Assembly: GCA_045635885.1 (NCBI GenBank)
Contig: JAZTWO010000053.1
Coordinates: forward strand, 31-64,030
DNA length: 64,000 nt
Direction: 5' to 3'
DNA from: Eubacteriales bacterium
Lineage (GTDB): Bacteria > Bacillota > Clostridia > Oscillospirales > CAG-272
How positions within the stretch are numbered: position 1 is the first letter of the stretch; each line of letters begins with the position of its first letter. Below the pieces are notes generated by a model. That model worked only from the letters and a program-made list of their open reading frames with translations. It searched no databases and was not told where the DNA came from. This document shows, piece by piece, positions 46,635 through 56,050 of the stretch. The translations under genes were made by a program, and so were the position numbers.

Positions 46635-48266
46635 TTATTTTATTGTAGAATCAATAGAATCTGTATCAATAATTACTAGTCTTCTCTTTATTTCTTCAAC
46701 GAATGCTGAAGCTCGTTTTTTTATAAAAGTATCGAAATCATCGTTCTGTATTCCATAGTCACTGATATCAAAAATTAAGTGATCATTTAATGTTTTCTGA
46801 AGTTCACTATTGTTTTTGGAGAACTCCTCGATGTAATCACTGGGACGTCGATTTCCAATATCCACCTGGTTTGTTGATGCATCTTGCAAAATAATGTTGC
46901 AGATGTTGTTTATAGGCTCATTTGTCCATGCTTGACCGACCATTTTCAATGGGAAGAAATGATGATAATTATTTTTATCTGGCATTGATACCCAATTTTG
47001 ATCAAAGCTTACCAAAGAATTCTTTGAAAGAGACTTGGGAGCCAATGACATAAGCAATCCAATCATTCCCTTGATATACGCAGTTTTTTGACCGAAAGAG
47101 CCATTTGCAACAAAAAGCTCTACGGACAAAGTAACATTGAATTGTTCGGGAGATTCGTCTTTGAGAATCTTATCAATAACATTTTTTGCATCACTTGCAA
47201 TTCTTGTATCAGTAGCTCTGCCAAAACGTCCAGTAAGGATGCAGCGCCAATAATAATCAATGAGATAATCCTGCTGTTTTTTACTGGGAGATTCTATTGA
47301 ATGCGTTTGGTTATACCTGTAGAAGAAATAGACATACAAGTAGAGAATAGGGGTATATGCTAACATATTTCCAACAGGAATTTTCAAGGAATGGATACAA
47401 AATGAAATAGCTGAATTAAGTGCTTTAACAACGGAGTCAAAGGAAGAAATCATTTCGTCACGTGTTAATCTTAGCTGGTCTTTTTTTGTTGTTCCTCCCT
47501 TTACACACAGTGCCACCATCTTTACAAGATCACTATCCGATACAACACTCTTGTATGCAACATTTAGATTATCTCGGCACTCTTTGGCTTTTTCAACCAA
47601 ATTGAATACGTCCGGCTTGTACGTTTTAGCTGTTATGATTTCAAAAGGAGTTAATTTTTTACCACCAGTGTTTAAGCGGGTAAAAATATCTGTAGCAACA
47701 TCTATATTTACACTATCAATTTTGATAGAGGGGAAATCTAACTCGTTTAGTTTTTTCTGGATTGCAGATATTTTGTCTATGTGATTAGGATAGTTGAGAA
47801 CAAAATACTTTAAGTCATTTTCACACAATTTAGCAAAGCTGATATTTACAAAATCTACATCTTCTGAGCGAACTGTAACAATGTCAGTTTCATAGTCCGT
47901 AAGATCGGCATCCAAGTTGATAATAATATCGGCATAAGATTTGTTTTTTATGGTCAACCCTTTAACGGCAGCAAAAATACTAGTGATACGTTGTTGACCG
48001 TCCAATATATATGTAGTCTTTGCAGTTTCGTCCTGCTTGTCATATATTACAGTGTTGCCGATTTGCTTTATTTTACAAAGCACTTCGTCCGTTGTCCATA
48101 AAATGAAAGCACCAAGAGGGTATCCCTTAATCCAGCTATCTAGCAGTTGTGCGGATTGCTCTATATCCCAAACAAAATCTCTTTGAAAGTCGGGAATGAC
48201 GTAAGTTCCATTAGATAAATTTGTTTCTATATCTGAAAGTTTGAGTGGTATGGATATCGGTCTCAT
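46635..48266 (-). CDS. DUF262 + DUF1524-like (GmrSD-family) putative type IV restriction endonuclease
   Basis: 543 aa. N-terminal ParB-like motifs IPDFQRDFVW and LDGQQRITS are present. The C-terminal His-Me-finger-like segment is HHFFPLK...NNICNIILQDASTNQ. Confidence 0.7.
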   Translation of the reverse strand: MRPISIPLKLSDIETNLSNGTYVIPDFQRDFVWDIEQSAQLLDSWIKGYPLGAFILWTTDEVLCKIKQIGNTVIYDKQDETAKTTYILDGQQRITSIFAAVKGLTIKNKSYADIIINLDADLTDYETDIVTVRSEDVDFVNISFAKLCENDLKYFVLNYPNHIDKISAIQKKLNELDFPSIKIDSVNIDVATDIFTRLNTGGKKLTPFEIITAKTYKPDVFNLVEKAKECRDNLNVAYKSVVSDSDLVKMVALCVKGGTTKKDQLRLTRDEMISSFDSVVKALNSAISFCIHSLKIPVGNMLAYTPILYLYVYFFYRYNQTHSIESPSKKQQDYLIDYYWRCILTGRFGRATDTRIASDAKNVIDKILKDESPEQFNVTLSVELFVANGSFGQKTAYIKGMIGLLMSLAPKSLSKNSLVSFDQNWVSMPDKNNYHHFFPLKMVGQAWTNEPINNICNIILQDASTNQVDIGNRRPSDYIEEFSKNNSELQKTLNDHLIFDISDYGIQNDDFDTFIKKRASAFVEEIKRRLVIIDTDSIDSTIK

Positions 48267-48391
48267 AATTGCCTCCTATTCCCATAATAAACATATTATA
48301 CCACATTTTTCGACATAGTACAATAGTTTTTGGAAAAGAGACTGAAAAACAAATCGGGAGTCCAATTTACTTTATTTTATTACACTCAATA

Positions 48392-48464
48392 GTGATAACA
48401 ACGGTGATAACGATAGTGATAAGTGCTCCGTTTATGATTTCAAAGTGCTCTGTTTATGATTTCG
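48392..48464 (+). repeat. short tandem direct repeats in a divergent promoter region (3 x 12 bp, then 2 x 22 bp)
   Basis: gtgataac at 48392 and 48404, and gtgataag at 48416. Then aagtgctccgtttatgatttca (48421-48442) followed by aagtgctctgtttatgatttcg (48443-48464). Confidence 0.85.
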
Positions 48465-48513
48465 AAATATTATTGCAATCATTGTCATTTTGTGGTATAA
48501 TAATGTTGAAATT

Positions 48514-48924
48514 ATGACAATGATTGGAAAGATTGCAATGGTAACAGAAGTAGTGGCTGCACTTGTGTGGCGAGATGATAAATTTATGATATGCCAACGT
48601 CCTGCGCACAAGGCGAGAGGACTTCTGTGGGAGTTCGTTGGCGGCAAGGTCGAGCCGGGAGAAACGAAAGAACAAGCCCTAATCCGCGAGTGCAGAGAAG
48701 AGCTTGCAGTGACAATTTCGGTTGGCAACGTATTTATGGACGTAACGCACGAATACCCCGACTTGACGGTGCACTTGACATTGTTCAATGCGACCATCAC
48801 CGATGGCGAGCCACAAAAGTTGGAGCACAACGATATAAAATGGATAACCCCGAGCGAAATATCAAGCTACGAGTTCTGCCCAGCGGATGTGGAGATTTTA
48901 AATACGATTAAGCAAGAAATGTAA
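48514..48924 (+). CDS. Nudix hydrolase, MutT/(d)CTP pyrophosphohydrolase-like
   Basis: The Nudix box GKVEPGETKEQALIRECREELAV matches Gx5Ex7REUxEExGU except for the last G. The start is uncertain (ATG at 48514, 48520 or 48538). The track's TTG at 48490 overlaps an extended -10 element, TGgTATAAT (48493-48501). Confidence 0.8.
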   Translation: MTMIGKIAMVTEVVAALVWRDDKFMICQRPAHKARGLLWEFVGGKVEPGETKEQALIRECREELAVTISVGNVFMDVTHEYPDLTVHLTLFNATITDGEPQKLEHNDIKWITPSEISSYEFCPADVEILNTIKQEM

Positions 48925-48972
48925 ATTGGCAATTAGTAGTCAACAAATTTATGTAAAGAAAGGAAAACAGCA

Positions 48973-49713
48973 ATGACAGAACTTGAGAAAATAGCATATG
49001 CCAAATCATTTATAGATAAGTTGGCACAGGGAATCAATCCTATAGACGAAACCCCAATCCCGGAGAATGATATTGCTAATAATGTTCGGCTTTCACGTTG
49101 TTTTTTCTATGTGTCAGATATTTTGCGCCAAGTGATTGATAACGGTGGGGTATCTAATGTCAAGCCTATAAAGGTAAAGAAAACAGATTTTAAAATAACT
49201 CAAGAAGAGCGTGCTAAAATTAAAACTTCTGATGTTCCACTTTCAAGTAGAGAGATAGTTGATAATCTAAACAGTATTATTAATTTGGAAACTACTAAAA
49301 AGATTACATCCAATGCTATTAACGAGTGGCTTGTAGAATTAGGATTGTTAGAAGTTGTAGAATTCTCTAATGGCAAACACAGAAAACTTCCAACTTCTCA
49401 AGGAAATGACATGGGTATTTTTACCGAAGAAAGAGAAGGTCAGTATGGTAAATATATAATCGTTATGTTTTCACCTGATGCACAACAATTTATTTATGAC
49501 AATATTGAAGGTATAATAGAGAACAAAAACAAAAAATATAGTGGCGAATTTCAAGGCAGTGCTTGGACAAAAGAACAGGATGAGCAATTAATCTATTTGT
49601 TTAGAAATAACATTCCACTTGTAGAAATGGCATCAATGATGAAACGTTCTGAAGGCGGTATTCGAGCGAGACTTAAAAAATTAGGCTTGATTGAAAATAG
49701 ATACGATATTTAA
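48973..49713 (+). CDS. hypothetical protein with C-terminal Myb/SANT-like HTH
   Basis: 246 aa with RBS aaagga. The C-terminus WTKEQDEQLIYLFRNNIPLVEMASMMKRSEGGIRARLKKLGL resembles a Myb-like three-helix DNA-binding domain. It ends 19 nt before the giant helicase gene. Confidence 0.7.
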   Translation: MTELEKIAYAKSFIDKLAQGINPIDETPIPENDIANNVRLSRCFFYVSDILRQVIDNGGVSNVKPIKVKKTDFKITQEERAKIKTSDVPLSSREIVDNLNSIINLETTKKITSNAINEWLVELGLLEVVEFSNGKHRKLPTSQGNDMGIFTEEREGQYGKYIIVMFSPDAQQFIYDNIEGIIENKNKKYSGEFQGSAWTKEQDEQLIYLFRNNIPLVEMASMMKRSEGGIRARLKKLGLIENRYDI

Positions 49714-49732
49714 CTAATAATGGAGGCCAAAT

Positions 49733-52700
49733 ATGGCAAAAAACGTAGTATTTTTTGACACAGAAGTAAGTCGAGAAGACAATAGAATATGTGATATAGG
49801 AGCAGTACGTGATGACAAGGGAACTTTGCATACGGCATCTATTACGGATTTTTGCGCCTTTTCAGAGGGAGCGGATTTCTTGTGTGGTCACAATGCAGTG
49901 CATCATGATATGAGATATCTTGCATCTGTTGTTGATGCAAGAGTTCCTAAAAAAATAATAGATACGCTATATTTATCTCCGTTACTTTTTCCTAAGAGAC
50001 CTTATCATAGACTTCTTAAGGATGATAAAATCCAGGTAGAAGAATTGAACAATCCAGTAAACGATAGTCACAAAGCAAAAGATCTGTTCTTAGATGAGGT
50101 GAATGCTTTTTATCAGCTGTCCATCGGAAAGAAAAAGATATTTTGTGGATTGTTATATAATCATAAAGAATTTCAGGGATTTTTTGATTATGTGGAATTT
50201 AAGCCATATTCATACAAAATGACACAAATGATTTTGGAGGAATACAAAGGTAAGGTTTGTGCTAATGCGGATATTGATATTTTGATAAAATATTATCCAG
50301 TAGAACTTGCGTATGCGCTTGCTTTAATTGGTTCCAATGATTATAGTTCCATAACTCCTCCTTGGTTATTAAAAAACTATCCAAAAATTGAAAATGTCAT
50401 TAAGTTTTTGTGTAACACACCCTGTAAAGATGGTTGTGAGTATTGCAATAGTATATTGGATATTCACAAAAGTCTTAAATCTATATTTGGTTTTGATAAT
50501 TTTAGAACCTATAATGGTGAACCTTTACAAGAAAAGGCAGCAAGGGCTGCGGTTGAGGGAGAATCATTACTTGCGGTTTTTCCAACTGGTGGGGGGAAGT
50601 CCATTACTTTTCAGTTGCCAGCTCTAATGGCTGGTAAAACAACTCATGGATTAACAGTTGTAATCTCTCCATTGCAGTCTCTTATGAAAGATCAAGTTGA
50701 TAATCTTGTTGAAAAGGGAATAGAGAGCGCGGTTACTGTGAATGGCATGCTTAACCCTATTGAAAGAGCTGAGGCATTGGATCGTGTTAAATCCGGAAAG
50801 GCATCACTATTATATATTTCACCCGAGCAATTACGTTCAAAAACTATAGAAAAGCTCCTTATTTCAAGAAGTATTGTTAGATTTGTAATAGACGAGGCGC
50901 ATTGCTTTTCAGCTTGGGGACAAGATTTTAGAGTTGATTACTTATATATTGGTGATTTTATTAGAAAACTTCAAAAGAAAAAAGGCGATAAAAAGCCTGT
51001 GCCTGTATCTTGCTTTACTGCTACTGCTAAGCAAAAAGTTATTTCTGACATTAAAGATTATTTTAAACAGAAATTGGACTTAGATCTTAAGCTTTTTGCA
51101 TCAACGGCTACACGAGAAAACTTGCATTATACGGTTTTACATAAAGAAACAGACGAAGAAAAATACAATGCTTTGCGTGCATTAATTGAGCAGAAGAATT
51201 GTCCGACAATCGTTTATGTTTCAAGAACCAAAAGAACAGTGGAATTGGCTCAAAAACTAACCAGTGACGGATTCCCGGCACTTCCATACAACGGCAAGAT
51301 GGACTCGAACGATAAAATTGCTAATCAAGAAGCATTTATGAATAACGAGGTTTCAATTATTGTAGCAACCTCGGCTTTTGGTATGGGTGTGGATAAGAGC
51401 GATGTTAAGCTTGTTGTACATTATGATATTTCCGACTCTCTCGAAAACTATGTTCAAGAGGCAGGAAGAGCAGGAAGAAATCCTCAACTGCAAGCTGATT
51501 GCTATGTATTATTCAATGATAATGATCTTGATAAACACTTTATTCTTTTGAATCAAACTAAACTTAGTATCAGTGAGATTCAGCAAGTATGGAAGGCAAT
51601 TAAAGACTTAACCAAAGAAAGACCTAATGTATGTTGTTCAGCGCTTGAGATTGCAAGGCAAGCAGGTTGGGACGACACTATGGTCTCAGAGATGGAAACG
51701 CGAGTCAGGACAGCGATTTCCGCTTTGGAAACTGCAGGGTATATAAAGAGAGGCATGAATATGCCTCGTGTGTATGCGACAAGTATTCTTGCTAAAGATA
51801 TGGCCGAAGCATCTTTTACAATAAGAGAATCAAAGCTATTCACAGATGAGAATAGGGAAAATTCTCTTAGGATAATTAAGTCGTTGATTTCAAGTAGAAG
51901 TATAGCTTCTGCTGATAATGGAGATGCAGAATCTCGTGTTGATTATCTCGCTGATATGTTGGGTATTCCCAAAGAGCAGGTAATTGAGTCTATTAATTTA
52001 ATGCGCCAAGCTGGACTTCTTGAAGATTACAGCGATATGTCCGCATATATTAATGACTCAAATACACAAAATAGATCTAATCATATACTTGATAGATTTG
52101 CAAAATTAGAAAAGTTTATTCTTTCCAAGATAACTGAAGAAGGTTTCAAATTTGGATTTAAGGAACTTAATGAAGAGGCACAAGATTCGGGTATTACAAC
52201 CTCTAATATTAAAAATATCAGGACAATATTGTTCTATTTATCAATAAAGAATTATATCGTCAAGAAAGAAAATAGGGACGATTGCTCTGTAGAACTTGTA
52301 CCATCCCTTGATATCGAAAAGATGATAGAAAAATTTGAAAAGCGTATTGATATATGTAAGTTCATTATTAAGGAATTATATGGAAAAGTTCTCCCTGAAA
52401 CTAATGAGGGAGAAGAGCAAAAACCTATAGAGTTTTCTTTGGTAGGTATTTATAAAGCATACCAAGAAGAACCTAAAATGCAAGTTTATTCAACTCCTAT
52501 TCAATTGAATGATGTTGAAGATGCATTGCTTTATCTGTCTAAAATAGGCGCATTGAAACTTGAAGGTGGATTTCTTGTTCTTTATAATGCTATGGAGATC
52601 AAGCGTATTGTGAGGGATAATAAAATACGTTACAAACTTGAAGACTATCGTTTACTTGATGAATTTTATAAACAAAAAATACGTCAAATACACATAGTTG

Positions 52701-54538
52701 GTGAATATGCTAACTTAATGGTTAAGGATTACGAAGCAGCACTACAGTTTGTTCAGGATTATTTCCAAATGGACTTCAAGAAATTCATTGCTACATATTT
52801 CAAGGGTGAGCGAGCCAAAGAAATTGAGCGCAATATAACTCCTGCAAAATACGATCAATTATTTGGAGAACTATCAGACAAGCAGGCCGAGATTATTAAT
52901 GATGCGGATTCCAAATGTATTGTTGTTGCAGCAGGCCCCGGAAGTGGCAAAACAAGAGTTCTTGTACACAAATTGGCTTCACTATTGCTTCTTGAAGATG
53001 TTAAGCATGAACAACTTTTGATGGTTACATTTTCACGTGCAGCAGCAACGGAATTTAAGCAACGTTTGCGTTCCTTGATTGGAAATGCTGCCAACTTTGT
53101 AGAGATTAAAACGTTCCATTCATATTGCTTTGACTTGCTTGGTAAAGTTGGTACTATTGAGGCATCCAATAATGTTGTCAGGGATGCTGCGCAAATGATT
53201 CTTGACGGAGAAGTAGAGCAGGGCAAGATTTCTAAGAGTGTTCTCGTTATTGATGAGGCTCAAGATATGGATGAAAGCGAATTTATGCTTGTGGAAGCGC
53301 TTATGAAGAATAACGACGATATGCGTGTTATAGCAGTTGGCGATGATGATCAGAATATCTACGAATTCCGAGGCTCAGACTCTAAATATTTAAGAAAATT
53401 AATTGAAGATCACGCGGGTAATTTTTATGAAATGACTGAGAACTATCGAAGCAGAACTAATATTGTTGCCTTTGCTAATGCATTTGCAGAGTCTATTACC
53501 GATAGAATGAAAGTTACTCCTATCGAGGCAGTATCAAGTGAATATGGCAAAGTACATCACACTTACCATACTTGTGCTAATATAGAAGAAGCAGTTGTCA
53601 ATAAAGTTATTGAAACTCATAAAGGTGGTAGTGCTTGTATATTAACAAATACTAATGATGAAGCTTTGCGCATTCTTGGATTGCTTCTTAAAAATGGTAA
53701 GAGAGCAAGATTAATACAATCAATTGATGGTTTTAAACTCATAAACTTGGTTGAAATTAGAGCTTTTTTGAGGTTGATTGATAGAGATTTGAAAACTCCT
53801 CTAATTAAAGACGAAGTTTGGAATGAAGCCAAGAAGACATTATTTAACCAATATAAAAACAGTGCTTGCATAAATAATATTAAGAATCTTATAAGAGATT
53901 TCGAGGAAACTCACAACAAAAAATATCGTTCGGATTTGGAATGCTTTATTAATGAATCAAGTTACGAAGATTTTTATGATGACCACGATATCGAGACTAT
54001 CTATGTATCTACAATACATAAATCTAAAGGTAGAGAATTCGATAGTGTATATATGATGCTTAAAAATGTTGTTGCTTCTACTGATGAAGAAAGAAGAAAA
54101 ATCTATGTTGGTATTACAAGAGCTAAAGATAATCTATTTATTCATACTAATACACGTCTATTTAGCAGATTTATTGTGGAGGGTGTAAGACATTTTGAAG
54201 ATAAGCAACAATATGTTGAACCTGCAGAAATAATGCTTCAAACTAATCACAGAGATGTTGTTCTTGACTATTTCAGAAACAAGAGAGAAATAATATTCTC
54301 TTTGCGTAGTGGTCAGCTCCTAAAAATTGATGATGTTTATTTGACAGCAGAGATTAATAATCGCGATGTAAGAATTGCTAAGTTTTCTAAGGCATATACT
54401 GAAACGCTTGAAAAACTTAAAAACAAGGGTTATGAACTTCATAAAGCTGAGGTGAATTTCATTGTTGCATGGAAGCATGAAGATGATGAACAAGAAACCC
54501 CCATTATCTTAGCAAATTTGTACTACGTAAAGAAATAA
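49733..54538 (+). CDS. DnaQ-like 3'-5' exonuclease + RecQ-like SF2 helicase + UvrD-like SF1 helicase fusion protein
   Basis: 1601 aa with RBS GGAGG. Motifs by domain:
- Exonuclease: FFDTEV, GHNAVHHDMRYL, SHKAKD
- RecQ-like: FPTGGGKS, DEAHCFSAWGQDFR, FTATA, QEAGRAGRN
- UvrD-like: AAGPGSGKT, LVIDEAQDMD, GDDDQNIYEFRG, ENYRSR, STIHKSKGREFD, YVGITRAKDNLFI. Confidence 0.9.
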   Translation: MAKNVVFFDTEVSREDNRICDIGAVRDDKGTLHTASITDFCAFSEGADFLCGHNAVHHDMRYLASVVDARVPKKIIDTLYLSPLLFPKRPYHRLLKDDKIQVEELNNPVNDSHKAKDLFLDEVNAFYQLSIGKKKIFCGLLYNHKEFQGFFDYVEFKPYSYKMTQMILEEYKGKVCANADIDILIKYYPVELAYALALIGSNDYSSITPPWLLKNYPKIENVIKFLCNTPCKDGCEYCNSILDIHKSLKSIFGFDNFRTYNGEPLQEKAARAAVEGESLLAVFPTGGGKSITFQLPALMAGKTTHGLTVVISPLQSLMKDQVDNLVEKGIESAVTVNGMLNPIERAEALDRVKSGKASLLYISPEQLRSKTIEKLLISRSIVRFVIDEAHCFSAWGQDFRVDYLYIGDFIRKLQKKKGDKKPVPVSCFTATAKQKVISDIKDYFKQKLDLDLKLFASTATRENLHYTVLHKETDEEKYNALRALIEQKNCPTIVYVSRTKRTVELAQKLTSDGFPALPYNGKMDSNDKIANQEAFMNNEVSIIVATSAFGMGVDKSDVKLVVHYDISDSLENYVQEAGRAGRNPQLQADCYVLFNDNDLDKHFILLNQTKLSISEIQQVWKAIKDLTKERPNVCCSALEIARQAGWDDTMVSEMETRVRTAISALETAGYIKRGMNMPRVYATSILAKDMAEASFTIRESKLFTDENRENSLRIIKSLISSRSIASADNGDAESRVDYLADMLGIPKEQVIESINLMRQAGLLEDYSDMSAYINDSNTQNRSNHILDRFAKLEKFILSKITEEGFKFGFKELNEEAQDSGITTSNIKNIRTILFYLSIKNYIVKKENRDDCSVELVPSLDIEKMIEKFEKRIDICKFIIKELYGKVLPETNEGEEQKPIEFSLVGIYKAYQEEPKMQVYSTPIQLNDVEDALLYLSKIGALKLEGGFLVLYNAMEIKRIVRDNKIRYKLEDYRLLDEFYKQKIRQIHIVGEYANLMVKDYEAALQFVQDYFQMDFKKFIATYFKGERAKEIERNITPAKYDQLFGELSDKQAEIINDADSKCIVVAAGPGSGKTRVLVHKLASLLLLEDVKHEQLLMVTFSRAAATEFKQRLRSLIGNAANFVEIKTFHSYCFDLLGKVGTIEASNNVVRDAAQMILDGEVEQGKISKSVLVIDEAQDMDESEFMLVEALMKNNDDMRVIAVGDDDQNIYEFRGSDSKYLRKLIEDHAGNFYEMTENYRSRTNIVAFANAFAESITDRMKVTPIEAVSSEYGKVHHTYHTCANIEEAVVNKVIETHKGGSACILTNTNDEALRILGLLLKNGKRARLIQSIDGFKLINLVEIRAFLRLIDRDLKTPLIKDEVWNEAKKTLFNQYKNSACINNIKNLIRDFEETHNKKYRSDLECFINESSYEDFYDDHDIETIYVSTIHKSKGREFDSVYMMLKNVVASTDEERRKIYVGITRAKDNLFIHTNTRLFSRFIVEGVRHFEDKQQYVEPAEIMLQTNHRDVVLDYFRNKREIIFSLRSGQLLKIDDVYLTAEINNRDVRIAKFSKAYTETLEKLKNKGYELHKAEVNFIVAWKHEDDEQETPIILANLYYVKK

Positions 54539-54561
54539 TATGGATTTTCAGGAGAATACTG

Positions 54562-54936
54562 ATGAAAAATTATCAAGCTGAAGTTCGTGCCCGTTATGGC
54601 AACACCGATGCCTACCGCGAGCACGAACAGAAAACAAAGAATTATACAAAAGAGAAGTGGGCAGAGGCGAATGATGGCTTGATGGCTATCTTTGGTGAGT
54701 TTGCTGCTTGCAAGGATAGCGGCATGGGTGCCGATTCATATGAAGCGCAATCATTGGTAGCCAAGCTTCAGGCGCACATCACAGCCAATTACTACACCTG
54801 CACCGACGAAATTCTCGCAGGGCTTGGCAAGATGTACGTTGCCGACGAGCGATTCAAGAAGAACATCGACAAGTATGGAGAGGGCACTGCAAAGTTTACT
54901 TCAGAAGCAATTAAGACTTTTTGTGATTGTCGATAG
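54562..54936 (+). CDS. stand-alone TipAS-like (antibiotic-recognition) domain protein
   Basis: 124 aa with RBS AGGAG. The pattern YGNTDAYREHEQKTKNYTKEKW...LGKMYVADERFKKNIDKYGEG is typical of the TipAS C-terminal domain of MerR/TipAL proteins. No MerR HTH is present. Confidence 0.7.
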   Translation: MKNYQAEVRARYGNTDAYREHEQKTKNYTKEKWAEANDGLMAIFGEFAACKDSGMGADSYEAQSLVAKLQAHITANYYTCTDEILAGLGKMYVADERFKKNIDKYGEGTAKFTSEAIKTFCDCR

Positions 54937-55001
54937 TAGAAACTGTCGCTAAAATCTGTTTCATACATTATTTTGAAAGCGAAATATAGATGTGGTGACG
55001 T

Positions 55002-55589
55002 ATGGTAAATAGAATAATTAAAGAAGTTAAAACAGCATTAGATAATGAGTGTTATATAGTTGCGCTTATGGGCGCGTTAACATTGCCGGATATCTGTGGT
55101 AAAAGTGCGTACCCGAATTTGAGTGTTGGGGAACGATATAGGAACTGGTGTGATACGTATGTATATCCCAAAAAACAACATACTGACGAAGATGGAAAAA
55201 CTTTGGACTGTGGCATAACAGATTTGAGTGGAAAAATCATATACAGTTTGAGGTGTTGTCTACTGCATCAAGGTAGTGCAGATATTGATGGCAAGAAATG
55301 TGAGGTTGAAAATTTTGAATTGCTTATTCAACCCCAAAATGAATTTAACATCTATGTGGATAACTTTGGTGTGATTTGGTCGAACGATAACTATGAACAT
55401 CGTGAGCGACATATGAGCCTACACATCAGGAATATCTGCAAGGATCTTTGTAATGCTGCGGAAATGTATTATCAAAACAACAAGGCTTCGTTTGGATTTA
55501 TTAAGTACAAGATATCGCAAATTGATCCCAACGCTGAACATCCTTGGGATTATAGCAAAGGAACACCTGACGAATGGTATGGCAAATAA
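55002..55589 (+). CDS. hypothetical protein with HEPN-like Rx4H motif
   Basis: 195 aa. It has an N-terminal helical segment ECYIVALMGALTLPDICGK and the motif SLRCCLLHQG (R-x4-H). The family assignment is speculative. Confidence 0.6.
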   Translation: MVNRIIKEVKTALDNECYIVALMGALTLPDICGKSAYPNLSVGERYRNWCDTYVYPKKQHTDEDGKTLDCGITDLSGKIIYSLRCCLLHQGSADIDGKKCEVENFELLIQPQNEFNIYVDNFGVIWSNDNYEHRERHMSLHIRNICKDLCNAAEMYYQNNKASFGFIKYKISQIDPNAEHPWDYSKGTPDEWYGK

Positions 55590-55615
55590 AATTTATTTGA
55601 AATGGAATCAAAACA

Positions 55616-56041
55616 ATGGTTAAAGAATTAATGCACGATCCCATCTTCCTCGCAGGGAAGTCGGAGGTCGCAACGAAAGAAGATTTGCAGGTCTCACAGG
55701 ATTTGCTTGATACGCTGATGGCGCACAGGGAAAGCTGCGTCGGTATGGCTGCAAATATGATTGGTGTGCGCAAGCGCATCATCGCCTTTCTCGACGAAAG
55801 CGGACGAGCTCCCACTTATACGGTGATGCTCAATCCCGAGATTATCAAGAAGGACGGCGCATACGATACCGAGGAAGGCTGTCTATCACTTCTCGGCGGC
55901 CCACGCAAATGCAAGCGCTACAAGAACATCAAGGTGCAGTATCAAACCCTTGAAATGCAAACGCGCATCAAAACCTACATCGGCTGGACGGCGCAGATCA
56001 TTCAGCATGAGGTAGATCATTGTAATGGGGTGTTAATTTGA
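55616..56041 (+). CDS. def: short, divergent peptide deformylase
   Basis: 141 aa. Motif 2 (EGCLS) and motif 3 (HEVDH) are intact. Motif 1 reads GMAANMIG rather than the canonical GxAAxQ. Confidence 0.8.
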   Translation: MVKELMHDPIFLAGKSEVATKEDLQVSQDLLDTLMAHRESCVGMAANMIGVRKRIIAFLDESGRAPTYTVMLNPEIIKKDGAYDTEEGCLSLLGGPRKCKRYKNIKVQYQTLEMQTRIKTYIGWTAQIIQHEVDHCNGVLI

Positions 56042-56050
56042 GGAGGCAAT

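Noticed and set aside
48432-48911. 132-aa minus-strand and 106-aa plus-strand alternative-frame ORFs over the Nudix gene
   Set aside because: They are a product of high local GC content. Only the frame containing the Nudix box is credible.
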